A stretch of DNA of 64,000 nt. Origin: an uncultured virus (IMG/VR IMGVR_UViG_3300036846_001441). Lineage: Duplodnaviria > Heunggongvirae > Uroviricota > Caudoviricetes. The stretch lies in IMG/VR virus record IMGVR_UViG_3300036846_001441. The stretch is one strand, 5' to 3'. The translations under genes and the position numbers were made by a program. Under the pieces are notes generated by a model. The model made no database searches and was not told the origin of the DNA. It saw only the letters and a program-made list of their open reading frames with translations. Below, piece by piece: positions 1 to 9,222 of the stretch. The first letter of the stretch is position 1. The number at the start of each line of letters is the position of its first letter.

Positions 1-280
1 GTTCACTTGCCCGGTGCAGTCCTATTCCTCCTATCCCCCCTGCCCCGTAGAAGAATATTCTCTTTTAAGCATGCTTGTTAATAATAGGAAAATCTTCTTC
101 AACGAGTGGTTATCCCCATCTAAACGCGTTGCGTTTTGTGAGGAATTATTTCCTGAGGTAAAGGCCCGCAAAAAGCCAACCTAGGCGTGCCTCAAATCGG
201 CGGCTACTCCACAAGCCCACACACAGATTAAACGCTTCCTTAGCCTTCTAAAGGACACTGGGAGCCTATTCATCGAGCTT

Positions 281-487
281 TCAATCTCTCGCGTCAAAGT
301 CATTGCCTTCATAGCGATGGCGATAGTTCCTAGCTATCTCGCCGGGGGCCACATACTCCACCTCCACGGGATCACTCGAGAGCAACCTGCCTGCCACGTA
401 CCTGCACACATCCAATGGCAAGTAACAATTGCACAACTCAACCTCTGCGTGGATCACGTGAGCCAATTGCTCAAGCACAGACATCAT
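281..487 (-). CDS. hypothetical protein
   Basis: 68-aa ORF co-oriented directly downstream of the HNH gene; no recognisable motif. Confidence 0.4.
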   Translation of the reverse strand: MMSVLEQLAHVIHAEVELCNCYLPLDVCRYVAGRLLSSDPVEVEYVAPGEIARNYRHRYEGNDFDARD

Positions 488-521
488 CAGAAAGTGCCTC
501 GTCTCCGATCTTCGCCGATTG

Positions 522-851
522 TCATGCAGTGGCCCTCATTCTCACGTTAGTGGGATGCCTAGGATCGGTTGGCCAGCCTGCAGCATCGACGCCATTCTCA
601 AAGCCGTGCAAGTCGATCATTCGCTTGCGACTATCGTGGCACTCGAAGCAGAGCGACTGAATGGCACCGAGCCTGAACTTGTTGTAGTTGCCACCATGAG
701 GGATAACGTGATCGGCGACTCGAGCCATCGTGGCAATGCCACGATCCAGGCACATCTTACAGAACGGCTCGAGCTTGAGCTGATGCTCTCGACGAGCATA
801 CCAGCCAGGGGTCCTGTACCACTTCCCGTACTTGCCCTGCTTGTGCCGCAT
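522..851 (-). CDS. HNH endonuclease (terminase-associated type)
   Basis: WY..W...R..QL..EPFCKMC, ADHVIPH.G, QSLCFECHDSRK, and a C-terminal G.D..GWP.DP tail typical of phage packaging HNH proteins. Confidence 0.9.
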   Translation of the reverse strand: MRHKQGKYGKWYRTPGWYARREHQLKLEPFCKMCLDRGIATMARVADHVIPHGGNYNKFRLGAIQSLCFECHDSRKRMIDLHGFENGVDAAGWPTDPRHPTNVRMRATA

Positions 852-911
852 TAGGGATGCCCTAGGACTGCATTAGAGGGCCGCCTATGGCCCTTCCAGG
901 CCTTCAAGCCC

Positions 912-1673
912 CTACCCTAGCTTGACCAGCCGCCTCTGCCGCAGGCGGGCCAGGCCGATCAGGCCAAGCAGGCCAGCAAGGAGCCCTGGCAGACCTCCTC
1001 CAAGGACGGGTCCAGGCACGGCAGCAGGCTGCACGAAGGCAAGCAGGCTGTCTGGCCCATCATTGGCAGGCTGACACGAAGAGGACACCGCACCGAGGCA
1101 TCCAAAATTTGTGAACGAGCCAACCACATCGCTGGACGCAAAGTGGAAGCTATCCCACGTCGCTTGCTCAGCAGCGTTGAGCGCAAAGTCAAATACGTCA
1201 GTACCATTGCCAGGCCCAACGTGACCCATTGCAGCCGTGATGAGAAACGGCGAGGCAAGCGAGAATGTCGCTCCCGAGATGGCCACGCCAGAGGCATCGT
1301 AAATCTGAATGCCAAAGTTGTTCAGGTTGAGACCATCCGACAGGGCACCGGTCTGCGAGATGTCGACTCCAAGGCCCACTTGCGATCCACTCGTCCAACT
1401 CAATGTGCCAATCGTCGGCGTCGTACTCTTATCGCCACTTCCGGTGCAATCGGCCTGACCAGTGCACAACGTCGGAAGAATCGACACGCTCGATGGTGAA
1501 ACAGTACCGGCCTCTACGCCAGTTCCAGACGTCGGCTCCGTGACAGTCTGCAAACGATGAACATCACCGAACCCAAGCGCAGTTGTGTCAACAGTGCCGG
1601 TGAAAACGAAATCGGCCCTCGCCGGCAACGTCGCGGTTATCACAAGCAAGAATGCTGTCATGAGATTTTTCAT
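912..1673 (-). CDS. secreted protein with PEP-CTERM-like (VPGP..GGGLPG) C-terminal sorting signal
   Basis: Signal peptide MKNLMTAFLLVITATLPARA from ATG 1673; Gly/Ser/Thr/Asp-rich body; ends AVPGPVLGGGLPGLLAGLLGLIGLARLRQRR (motif, TM helix, basic tail). Confidence 0.8.
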   Translation of the reverse strand: MKNLMTAFLLVITATLPARADFVFTGTVDTTALGFGDVHRLQTVTEPTSGTGVEAGTVSPSSVSILPTLCTGQADCTGSGDKSTTPTIGTLSWTSGSQVGLGVDISQTGALSDGLNLNNFGIQIYDASGVAISGATFSLASPFLITAAMGHVGPGNGTDVFDFALNAAEQATWDSFHFASSDVVGSFTNFGCLGAVSSSCQPANDGPDSLLAFVQPAAVPGPVLGGGLPGLLAGLLGLIGLARLRQRRLVKLG

Positions 1674-1677
1674 GTCG

Positions 1678-2010
1678 TCAATCCTCACGCTCTGTCTGGA
1701 AAATTTCATGTTGGCACGAGTCAGATTCTTCGCGGGCATGCCGCTGCGTCTTTCGCCTGCCGAGCTGAAACGCACGAGGAGGGTATCCACGCTCGCGAAA
1801 GTAGGCCGCTGTGGACAGCGTCTTCTTGCGTCTGAGAAGGGCATTGAATGATTCGACGGTGACGTGAGGAGCATCATTCAATTTGACGATATCGAGCTCC
1901 CCAACCGCAACCAGTGCATGAAATTCCCACATCGTCTCGAGCTGCAACTTTCGTGCGGCCTCGAAGATGTTTATCGCCTCATACTGCATCGCTTTTCTCA
2001 GCGTAAGCAC
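1678..2010 (-). CDS. putative helix-turn-helix (excisionase-like) DNA-binding protein
   Basis: INIFEAARKL...LVAVGELDIVK...V..ES pattern resembles MerR/Xis-type wHTH. Confidence 0.45.
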   Translation of the reverse strand: MLTLRKAMQYEAINIFEAARKLQLETMWEFHALVAVGELDIVKLNDAPHVTVESFNALLRRKKTLSTAAYFRERGYPPRAFQLGRRKTQRHAREESDSCQHEIFQTERED

Positions 2011-2074
2011 TGCAGCCCAAGGCGTTTACCTTGGGCCCAAGAATCAAAACGCGAGCAGACCGTAGAGCGGCTTG

Positions 2075-2602
2075 TTAAAATCTTGTGATCGCGTTCGCGA
2101 TCGCCAAGTCCATCTCGCTATGCCAGACCGGAGCGGCGCCACCAAGCAAGCTCGTGACAATCTTTGCCCTGCCTCTTCGAACCTCCGTGCACAAGCCCAC
2201 AAAGCCTCGCAGTATCCCAGACAATATTACGACGTTCTTACCGACGAACATTTGCGGGGCACTCTCCGCAACCGGCTCTGGGACGAATCCATCTCGCTCG
2301 CTGTTCTGCAGGCGAGCGATCTCGGCGTCGAGCAAGTGACTGCGCGCTGGGCGCGAGTCATTCATCACGATGCCGGTGATGCCGTCAATCGCGAGCAGGA
2401 AATAAAACAACCTCGTCTTCACGAACAGGTAGCACGGATACAGTGGCTTGGTCACCCAGCGCTTACGGGAGGTCCGCCTGTCCCTTAGGTTACAACGAAA
2501 CTGGGGCCAGTAGCTCGTTGCCCCATAACGGGCAATTCGCTCTGCGACCCTCATCTCGGCGTTGGGCATGACCCTCGCCACCAGCCAACTACAATCAGCC
2601 AC
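2075..2602 (-). CDS. NusG/RfaH-family transcription antiterminator
   Basis: NGN domain (WLVARVMPNAE, PLYPCYLFV) and KOW motif (VGKNVVILSGILRGFVG); probable GTG start at 2602 after GGGAGA. Confidence 0.88.
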   Translation of the reverse strand: MADCSWLVARVMPNAEMRVAERIARYGATSYWPQFRCNLRDRRTSRKRWVTKPLYPCYLFVKTRLFYFLLAIDGITGIVMNDSRPARSHLLDAEIARLQNSERDGFVPEPVAESAPQMFVGKNVVILSGILRGFVGLCTEVRRGRAKIVTSLLGGAAPVWHSEMDLAIANAITRF

Positions 2603-2766
2603 ATGTCTCCCCTGATTGGTTGATTTGCTAGGGTAGGATGCCCTTTCCAGGGGGCGTAGAGGGCGTGTGAAGGTAATCCTCAAGGGGGCCTTCTGGGTCA
2701 GATTGTAGCTTTCTCCACAACAAGTGGTCTTGTCCACAGGGTCCCTGAAAAAATTTTCATCAGGGC

Positions 2767-2856
2767 TGCCTTGCTTGCCTTGCTTGCCTTGCTTGCCTTG
2801 CTTGCCTTGCCAAAGTGCCTGCTGCTCACCAAGGTTGCCTGCTGCTCACCAAGGTT
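2767..2856. repeat. short tandem repeats: about 5x TGCCTTGCT, then 2x GCCTGCTGCTCACCAAGGTT
   Basis: Directly visible tandem arrays in the intergenic region downstream of the primase. Confidence 0.9.
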
Positions 2857-2914
2857 CCTGCTACTCTTGGCTAGCTAAGCTGAAGTCTACCTTCCTCACT
2901 GGCAACCTTCCGAC

Positions 2915-3043
2915 TACCGTTTTCCATTTACCCCCCACTTTTAATCTAAGGGGTAGTTTTTTTTTTTTTTTTTTAGATCTCTCTCATTTTTTTCCTTTTT
3001 ACAACCCCTTAGATAGAAAGGGGGGGGTAAATAGAAAACGGTA
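2915..3043. other. long inverted repeat around a poly-T tract; candidate replication origin
   Basis: TACCGTTTTCCATTTACCCCCCAC..ATCTAAGGGG (2915-2956) is near-complementary to 3002-3043; very AT-rich; next to primase-helicase and iteron-like repeats. Confidence 0.6.
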
Positions 3044-3163
3044 AAAGGAAATTATTAGTGTTTTTTTGATTTTCCACAGCATAGTCCTATTCCTCTGCAT
3101 CAAAAGCGACTAAAACACGTCTTCTTTCGTGATGCCATTTTTTGTCGTGATGTATTTTACCCC

Positions 3164-5533
3164 CTATATGTTCTTTAACTCCATGGCGAGCTTGGAAAGA
3201 TCAATGATCCTGAACCTGGAATCATCGAATCCTCCCTTCGTAATATCGTTGGGGTCCATTGCAGCCACCTCCTTCGAGGTTGAGATCGCCCTGGCTCCAA
3301 GCAGGTGGCTGTAGCCAGACCCAGGCTTGGTGAGCCTCATCTTGCCCACGTGCAGGCCCTCTTGCTCGGCAATCTTCCTGATGGTCAGGGGCCTCTCCAT
3401 TCTGTCGGGAGCAAATCTGCCCTCATATATGACGCTCTTGATTGCCCTGACGCCATCGATGTCCCACATTATTATTGGGATTCCAGCCCTGGCTGCCTGA
3501 ATGAACCTCACGACCTCCGGCATGGCCGTCGTCTCTGCCTCTCCATTGCCATTCATCTCGCTGGTGACCCTTGCCCACTTGACGTGGGTGCGAATCATGT
3601 CCATGCCGACACTGTCGCTCTCCTCGATCATGCTCGTCTTGCTGGGTGTCCATGGAGCCTCGCTTCCACTCTCGGTATATCCATGATTGATGACGTGATC
3701 CTTGGCCCATTGCTTGACCTTCCTGTAGCCATCCTCGAGCTCCAGCCAATCATGCAGCGTCTTCCAGTACTCGTGGCCCTGCTTCTTCTCCGACACGGTG
3801 GGGACGAACCACCTCCTGTCGGAGTTATCCAGCTTGAGGGCCTTGAAGCTGTTGCTGCAGGCGATGATGTGAACGTGATTGGCGACGAAATATTCCGACA
3901 CAAACTTCTTCTCAACCCTCAGCTTGGGATCGGTTATGACGTCCTTGAGCTTGTTGTAGGCCGCGGCACTGTGGCCCTGATAAATTTCGTTGACCACGAC
4001 GAGCTGCTTCTCGCCCCACTCCGAAAACCTGCTCATGATGCTGCTCTCACTGGTGAAGGAGACATTGGACCCACCCAGGACCTCACCGATGGCATTGCAC
4101 AGCGTCGTCTTGCCGACGCCCTGAGTTTCGCTGATCAGGAGCAGGCCAAAGTTCATCTTCAACCCCGGCTTGCCCATGAGCGTCGCGGCCCACTTTGCCA
4201 CAACGTCCCTCTCGCGCTCGACTGGAAACAGGCGAGTCAAGAAATCGTCCCACGGCGAATAGTCAACGTTCCTGGCCTCTGCCTTGGAATAGTCCCTGAC
4301 GATGCTGGGCTGATACAGGTTCAGGTATGCTCGCTGTTGCTTGTCGTAGAACAGGCCAGGCCTGGCCGAGGGATCATATTGAACGTGAACCGCCTTGTTC
4401 TGCCACACCTTCTTGAGCAACCTTCCGGTGTCCGATATGTGGCTGAACGGATCGACGAAGCTGTCGAAGGCCCGCTGACTCTTGAAGCAGCACTTCGTCA
4501 GCCTGGCGTGACACCAAAACTCGGGATCGATGGTGTGAACCCACTCCTCCGTGAACGCCTTGTTCAGGCCCCACGCGCTTCGACCCGGTCCTCCTCCAGC
4601 CGTTCTGTCGATCTTGTGCGTGGCCCACGTCACCGGCTGAGTGTAGTCGAGGAGGGCCCATGTCACGCTTCCGGTTCGCGACAGCAGCGCCTCCGGAATG
4701 GGATCGGCAAGGTCCCAGCCCTGTGGATACCTGTCATCGAACTTGATGTTGTACAACTTTCCGCCGTAGAGCTTGGAAAATGCCTTGACCGCCTCGCCTC
4801 CGACGAAGTCGTGGTCGCTGACGTAGTACAGGTCGCCTTCGATCTTCTCCCGCTTGAGCTCGTCGTAGTCGCAGCGGTGAATGGCCTGTGCCCCACCAAT
4901 CGCTCCCCAGTGCTCGAACATCTCGAGTTGATTGATCCACGGATGCTTCCTGCGCTCCTCCCTCCGCTCTGGGCTGTTGACGAGGGCATCGACGAAGTGC
5001 GCCGTCTTGGCTCCCTCGTGAACCATGATGCTGGCCTTGTTGCGCCGTTCCTTGGGCTTCCAGAACGGCAGGGGGCCATCTGGCTCGAGCGGCCTCCACA
5101 TCGGCGTTCCTCCCTTGGCCATGAACATGCACCACGGGATGTACGCCTTGCCGGTCTTGGTCTCGCGCCGCTCCTGACACATGATCACATTCTTGCGTGC
5201 GCTGTCCAGAAACGAGTATAGATTCCCGCTGATCAACCCGCTGCACAGCAGGTCATCCACCTGCGTAAAACTCGCCCTCTCGCTCCTGGGAAAATCCACC
5301 TTGGAGAGCTCGTCCCTGATTGCGATCTGCTCCTCCTCCGTCGGCATGTAGCTCTTGGCAGAGGCCTCAATGGTGAAGTCATCGAGTATCTTGATCAGCA
5401 CCTTCTCGACGTAGTAGTGACTGCCGAAATACTCCTTGACCATGAACCTCTTGAAATTCAGCTGCTCAGCCCCAATCCTATCGATGTAGGCCTTGAGGGC
5501 CTTGAACCGCGAGTAATGATACTCGTATTCCAT
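3164..5533 (-). CDS. DNA primase-helicase (TOPRIM domain plus DUF5906/SF3-like P-loop NTPase)
   Basis: TOPRIM-like HEGAKT...SDHD..G...GWDLAD; Walker A QGVGKTT, Walker B VVVNE, CSN, DRRWFV. Confidence 0.88.
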   Translation of the reverse strand: MEYEYHYSRFKALKAYIDRIGAEQLNFKRFMVKEYFGSHYYVEKVLIKILDDFTIEASAKSYMPTEEEQIAIRDELSKVDFPRSERASFTQVDDLLCSGLISGNLYSFLDSARKNVIMCQERRETKTGKAYIPWCMFMAKGGTPMWRPLEPDGPLPFWKPKERRNKASIMVHEGAKTAHFVDALVNSPERREERRKHPWINQLEMFEHWGAIGGAQAIHRCDYDELKREKIEGDLYYVSDHDFVGGEAVKAFSKLYGGKLYNIKFDDRYPQGWDLADPIPEALLSRTGSVTWALLDYTQPVTWATHKIDRTAGGGPGRSAWGLNKAFTEEWVHTIDPEFWCHARLTKCCFKSQRAFDSFVDPFSHISDTGRLLKKVWQNKAVHVQYDPSARPGLFYDKQQRAYLNLYQPSIVRDYSKAEARNVDYSPWDDFLTRLFPVERERDVVAKWAATLMGKPGLKMNFGLLLISETQGVGKTTLCNAIGEVLGGSNVSFTSESSIMSRFSEWGEKQLVVVNEIYQGHSAAAYNKLKDVITDPKLRVEKKFVSEYFVANHVHIIACSNSFKALKLDNSDRRWFVPTVSEKKQGHEYWKTLHDWLELEDGYRKVKQWAKDHVINHGYTESGSEAPWTPSKTSMIEESDSVGMDMIRTHVKWARVTSEMNGNGEAETTAMPEVVRFIQAARAGIPIIMWDIDGVRAIKSVIYEGRFAPDRMERPLTIRKIAEQEGLHVGKMRLTKPGSGYSHLLGARAISTSKEVAAMDPNDITKGGFDDSRFRIIDLSKLAMELKNI

Positions 5534-5539
5534 CTGCCT

Positions 5540-5684
5540 TCTCCCAATTAGAGTGAGTGAGACTGATACTCAGCGGCGGCTGCAGCTGGGCGTCGCGAGA
5601 TTTTGTCAAAAGCAAAAAACTATTAGACATTAAAAAAAAATTGATGTAAACTCTCACACTCAGATTTTTTGCAAGGGGTCGCTC
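5540..5684. promoter_or_regulatory. divergent promoter region
   Basis: AT-rich gap with A-tracts between the divergent primase and the plus-strand replication operon. Confidence 0.5.
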
Positions 5685-6218
5685 ATGGGCGTGGATGGGG
5701 TTGGGCGAATGCGTCAGTTGGCGGGGCAACTCAGGGATCAGCGGCTGGAGGCCTCCTCGCTGGAGGAGCGACTCAGGGCCACGGAGGAGCAGATCAGGGA
5801 AATCGAGTTCTCCCTGCTTCCCGATGCAATGGCGGAGATGGGCGTCGACAGGTTCAGCATCAAGGCAGACGGCAATGCCCCCGCCCTCGACTTCGTCCTC
5901 GGCACGTACTATGGAGCCAGCATCTCATCGTCGTGGGACGACGACAGGAGGGAGCGAGCCTTCGCTGCCCTCCCTCCAGAGTTGGTCAAGTTCACCGTCA
6001 GGATTGCCTTCAACCTCGGCGAGGTAACCAAGGCCATGGCCTTGGTTACCGAGCTGGCCGAGCGCGACCTCAGTGTCGAAATCGAGAAGGGCGTTCATCC
6101 CTCCACATTGAAGGCGTGGCTGAGGGAGCAATTCGAGGCCGGCAAGCCCCTCCCCGACCTCGACGTGATAAATGCACGCGTGGGGCCGCGAGTTGTAGTG
6201 AAGGAAATCAAGGGATGA
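5685..6218 (+). CDS. conserved phage replication-module protein
   Basis: N-terminal coiled coil, LP.AM.E.G motif, VHPSTLKAW.RE motif; stop overlaps the next start. Confidence 0.7.
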   Translation: MGVDGVGRMRQLAGQLRDQRLEASSLEERLRATEEQIREIEFSLLPDAMAEMGVDRFSIKADGNAPALDFVLGTYYGASISSSWDDDRRERAFAALPPELVKFTVRIAFNLGEVTKAMALVTELAERDLSVEIEKGVHPSTLKAWLREQFEAGKPLPDLDVINARVGPRVVVKEIKG

Positions 6219-6982
6219 GCAATAAGCGAGCGACTTTGCCAGAGCCGGCAGAGGTCAGCGACTATGCCGACAAGTACAAGGGCGAGGGGACTCATGTCAA
6301 CGAAGAGTACACCATCACGCCGAGAGTCGTCATCCTTCAGGGCCTCTCGCCTCAGGTCAAGCGAAACAACCCGGCCTACGTCGAGGGCGCTCAGCCCGGG
6401 ATGATCTTCCTCTCGCTGTATCACCGCCCACTCGTCGACGGCAATGAGGGCATCATCTTTCAGCCCTGCGTATTCAGGGCGGTATGGGACGTGAGGACCC
6501 CGAGGGAGAGCGGCGCCCAGAATTTCATCGCCACAATGAGCGAGCCTCAGTCGAGCTGGACGCAACATCGTCACGAGAGGGGCTACATCTTCTACGTCAC
6601 GCCGGAGAAGTATGTCGCCAGTCAGGTTCACGAGCAGATTGGCCTGGTCCACATCGATGGCCTGCTGCTGCCATATGCCATCAGGTTCGCCGGTACCGGA
6701 ATGTTCGTGAGCAGGACCTTCAACGGCATGATCGCTCAGCGGCGAACCAGCTCCGGGGAGGCAGCGCCAAGGTTCGCATACCTCTACAGGATGAGGGTCA
6801 AGTCCCAGACCAACAACATGGGCGAGTGGGGGCAGTGGGCCATCTCTCCGCACGACAGGGCGAGCGATGATCAGATCGAGCGCGGTCACTCTCTCTTCAG
6901 GGCCTTCAAGGAGAGGCAAATCGGAGTCGAGACAGATGACACGCAGCATCAGGCCCCAATCGATAACGATGCTGCTCTGTAA
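6215..6982 (+). CDS. putative single-stranded DNA-binding protein
   Basis: PRVVILQGLSPQVK motif, aromatic-rich core (N..GEWGQW), acidic C-terminal tail; ATG at 6215 after AAGGG. Confidence 0.6.
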   Translation: MSNKRATLPEPAEVSDYADKYKGEGTHVNEEYTITPRVVILQGLSPQVKRNNPAYVEGAQPGMIFLSLYHRPLVDGNEGIIFQPCVFRAVWDVRTPRESGAQNFIATMSEPQSSWTQHRHERGYIFYVTPEKYVASQVHEQIGLVHIDGLLLPYAIRFAGTGMFVSRTFNGMIAQRRTSSGEAAPRFAYLYRMRVKSQTNNMGEWGQWAISPHDRASDDQIERGHSLFRAFKERQIGVETDDTQHQAPIDNDAAL

Positions 6983-7307
6983 GGCCTCCCTGGCCATCCG
7001 AGTAGACGACGAGGGAGAGCCTCAGAGCGTGGTAGTTACCCTCGGCGGCAGGGCGGTCGCAGAGGTCACCGTGGCTCAGCTCAGGACGGTGCTCGAGCAG
7101 ATCGAGGAAATTGAGTCACCAAACCAGATGTCAGAGATCAATCATTGGCCAGACCCGACCCAGGAAATGCTGGACAGACCGGATTTCATGGCCATCTGGA
7201 AATGCATCAAGTCATGGGACATCCATGTTCCCGGCGTCTATGAAGGATATTGCGGCGCCACTGGCAATCATGTGCGCGCCATACTTGATGCACTGGAGGA
7301 GGAATGA
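6969..7307 (+). CDS. hypothetical protein
   Basis: Fills the operon gap with overlapping start/stop; C-terminal W..IKSWDI.VP..Y.GYCGATGNHV.AILDAL. Confidence 0.6.
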   Translation: MLLCKASLAIRVDDEGEPQSVVVTLGGRAVAEVTVAQLRTVLEQIEEIESPNQMSEINHWPDPTQEMLDRPDFMAIWKCIKSWDIHVPGVYEGYCGATGNHVRAILDALEEE

Positions 7308-8218
7308 TCAGAATCATCGGTGCGGGCATGGCCGGCCTGCTGGCGACGAGGATGCTCGCGCGTCACGACCCAATCCTCATCGAGAGGGAGACATCCCTGC
7401 CTCACAATCATTCTGCAGTGTTGAGGTTCGCTTCATCGAAGGTGGCCGATGTGCTGGGCATTCCGTTTCAGAAAGTACAATTGACGAAGGCAATTGTACC
7501 TTGGAGAAACCCCGTAGCCGATGCCATGGCCTATGCCAAGAAGGTGAGCGGAAAGTATCGCACCGACAGAAGCATAGTGCTGCCGGAGCGATGGAGCACC
7601 TCGGAGCGGTGGATTGCCCCCGAGGACCTCATTGCCCAGATGGCCGACGGCCTTGATATCAGGTTCGCGATAGAGTACCAGTTTAATCCAAATGAGGAGA
7701 AGGTCATCAGCACCGTGCCGATGCCCGTGCTGGCCAGGAAGATGGGGCACAGGGACCTGGGCTGGAGGTGGCTGGACGGAGTCAATGTCGTTGCCAGAGT
7801 GGAGGGCTGCTCGGCTTATGCCAGCGTCATGGTCCCCGACCCAGACATCCCGTTCCATCGGGCCAGCATCACCAGGGATGAGCTGATCATCGAGTCCACT
7901 CAGATGCCGACTGGTCAGGAGGAGCTGATAATCGGCACTGCCTGCAGGCTCCTCGGCATCGACTCCGATGACGTGCATCATCATCGCACCGTCTTTCAGC
8001 CCTACGCCAAGATTGCCCCCATCGACGAGGGCGACAGGAGGAATTTCATCTACTACGCCTCAACAATCACCAACACGGCCTATCAACTGGGGAGATTCGC
8101 GACGTGGCGCCCAGGACTACTCCTCGACGACGTGGTTCAAGATGTGCGGATCATCGAGCGCTGGATGACGAGCCTATCTTCAAGCTACGATCAGCAGCGA
8201 CATGAGAGAAGGGCATGA
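7304..8218 (+). CDS. FAD/NAD(P)-binding oxidoreductase (UDP-galactopyranose mutase/protoporphyrinogen oxidase-like fold)
   Basis: Rossmann motif IIGAGMAGLLA, ISTVPMP, C-terminal LGRFATW. Confidence 0.8.
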   Translation: MIRIIGAGMAGLLATRMLARHDPILIERETSLPHNHSAVLRFASSKVADVLGIPFQKVQLTKAIVPWRNPVADAMAYAKKVSGKYRTDRSIVLPERWSTSERWIAPEDLIAQMADGLDIRFAIEYQFNPNEEKVISTVPMPVLARKMGHRDLGWRWLDGVNVVARVEGCSAYASVMVPDPDIPFHRASITRDELIIESTQMPTGQEELIIGTACRLLGIDSDDVHHHRTVFQPYAKIAPIDEGDRRNFIYYASTITNTAYQLGRFATWRPGLLLDDVVQDVRIIERWMTSLSSSYDQQRHERRA

Positions 8219-8679
8219 CGGACGGGGCAGACATCAAGCGGCTAATCAGGTGCTGGAATGAGTTCGGCAATTCACGCACTCACCGCGACGAGCTCAGGAA
8301 ACTGGCCATGGCATCCAACATGAAACTCGAGGACTACATCGAGCACGTGCTTGCCGGCGGCGTCCCAGTTAAGAGTGGCACGGCCAGGGACTACTCCGGT
8401 GCGGCGTACGACCCCGAGGCCTTCCCCCTGAGGGCATTTGCCAACGAGTTAATAAAGTGCGGCTATGACGGCTCTGGCATGAGGGATGAGAGGGACGCCG
8501 AGGTGAAGATCAGGGCCATGGCGAGGGGCTGGACCAATGAGCGAGACATGAATCGAGGCGGCACTTGGTTCTGGAACACCATCAGGCTTCGGTTCGGCTG
8601 GTGGAGGGCCAGCCAGGAGATAGAGGTCGAGGAGGAGGAGGATGAGGAGAGGCATCGCAAGATGTTGCTGAAAGAGTAG
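8215..8679 (+). CDS. hypothetical protein
   Basis: ATGA-coupled to the upstream gene. Confidence 0.65.
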   Translation: MTDGADIKRLIRCWNEFGNSRTHRDELRKLAMASNMKLEDYIEHVLAGGVPVKSGTARDYSGAAYDPEAFPLRAFANELIKCGYDGSGMRDERDAEVKIRAMARGWTNERDMNRGGTWFWNTIRLRFGWWRASQEIEVEEEEDEERHRKMLLKE

Positions 8680-8710
8680 GTCACGTTCACGTTCACGTTC
8701 AACGCGGAGG

Positions 8711-9103
8711 ATGAGAGTCATGTCACAGAGGCAATTGACCATTCCAGAGAGCTCGTGGAAAATTGCGGAGCGACACTGCGGAGATGAGGGCTGGGCCAAT
8801 TTCATGCGCGAGAGGATCGCCAAGGACCTGGCCTTTCTCGACGCCGAGCACAATCGCTGCAACAATGACAGCGCAATGAGCAATGATGTCAAGAAGAAGG
8901 AGGGCAGGGCCATCCACGACAGGTGTCACGACAAGATGGTGGAGAGATTCCACCTCGATCATCCCGGCGAGGACTTGCCCAGCGCGAATCAGTTCACTGC
9001 CACTTACAATTCTCCATGCGCGTTTTGTGGCAAGCCAATCGAGACCGGAGACGTCGGCATGATGACGACCATGAGTGCGTGGAGGAGAGACGGAAGAAAG
9101 TGA
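8711..9103 (+). CDS. hypothetical protein with a CxxC motif
   Basis: RBS GGAGG; A.YNSPCAFCGKPI..GD zinc-ribbon-like end. Confidence 0.6.
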   Translation: MRVMSQRQLTIPESSWKIAERHCGDEGWANFMRERIAKDLAFLDAEHNRCNNDSAMSNDVKKKEGRAIHDRCHDKMVERFHLDHPGEDLPSANQFTATYNSPCAFCGKPIETGDVGMMTTMSAWRRDGRK

Positions 9104-9112
9104 GGAGCGAGA

Positions 9113-9222
9113 TGATGGCACGGATGTTGTGCCTCGTGCTGGGGCACAGATGGGACAGGCGCGGAGACCTGATGGCGGTGTGCCTCAGGTGCCGCAAGTG
9201 GAGGATCAGGAGGGGAGCATGA
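9113..9222 (+). CDS. small Cys/His protein (DUF1660-like)
   Basis: LCLVLGHRW...CLRC; stop overlaps the ThyX-like start. Confidence 0.45.

Noticed and set aside
1..280. cos site or genome terminus
   Set aside because: AT-rich and downstream of the HNH gene, so plausible, but no specific cos sequence can be identified from this window
2724..3044. 106-aa ORF with LPC repeats and poly-Phe
   Set aside because: Translation of the tandem repeats and poly-T tract, not a credible protein
3305..5221. 638-aa plus-strand ORF
   Set aside because: Antisense shadow of the primase-helicase
5669..6214. N-terminal extension of the 437-aa ORF
   Set aside because: Overlaps the 177-aa gene in another frame; the better start is ATG 6215 with an RBS
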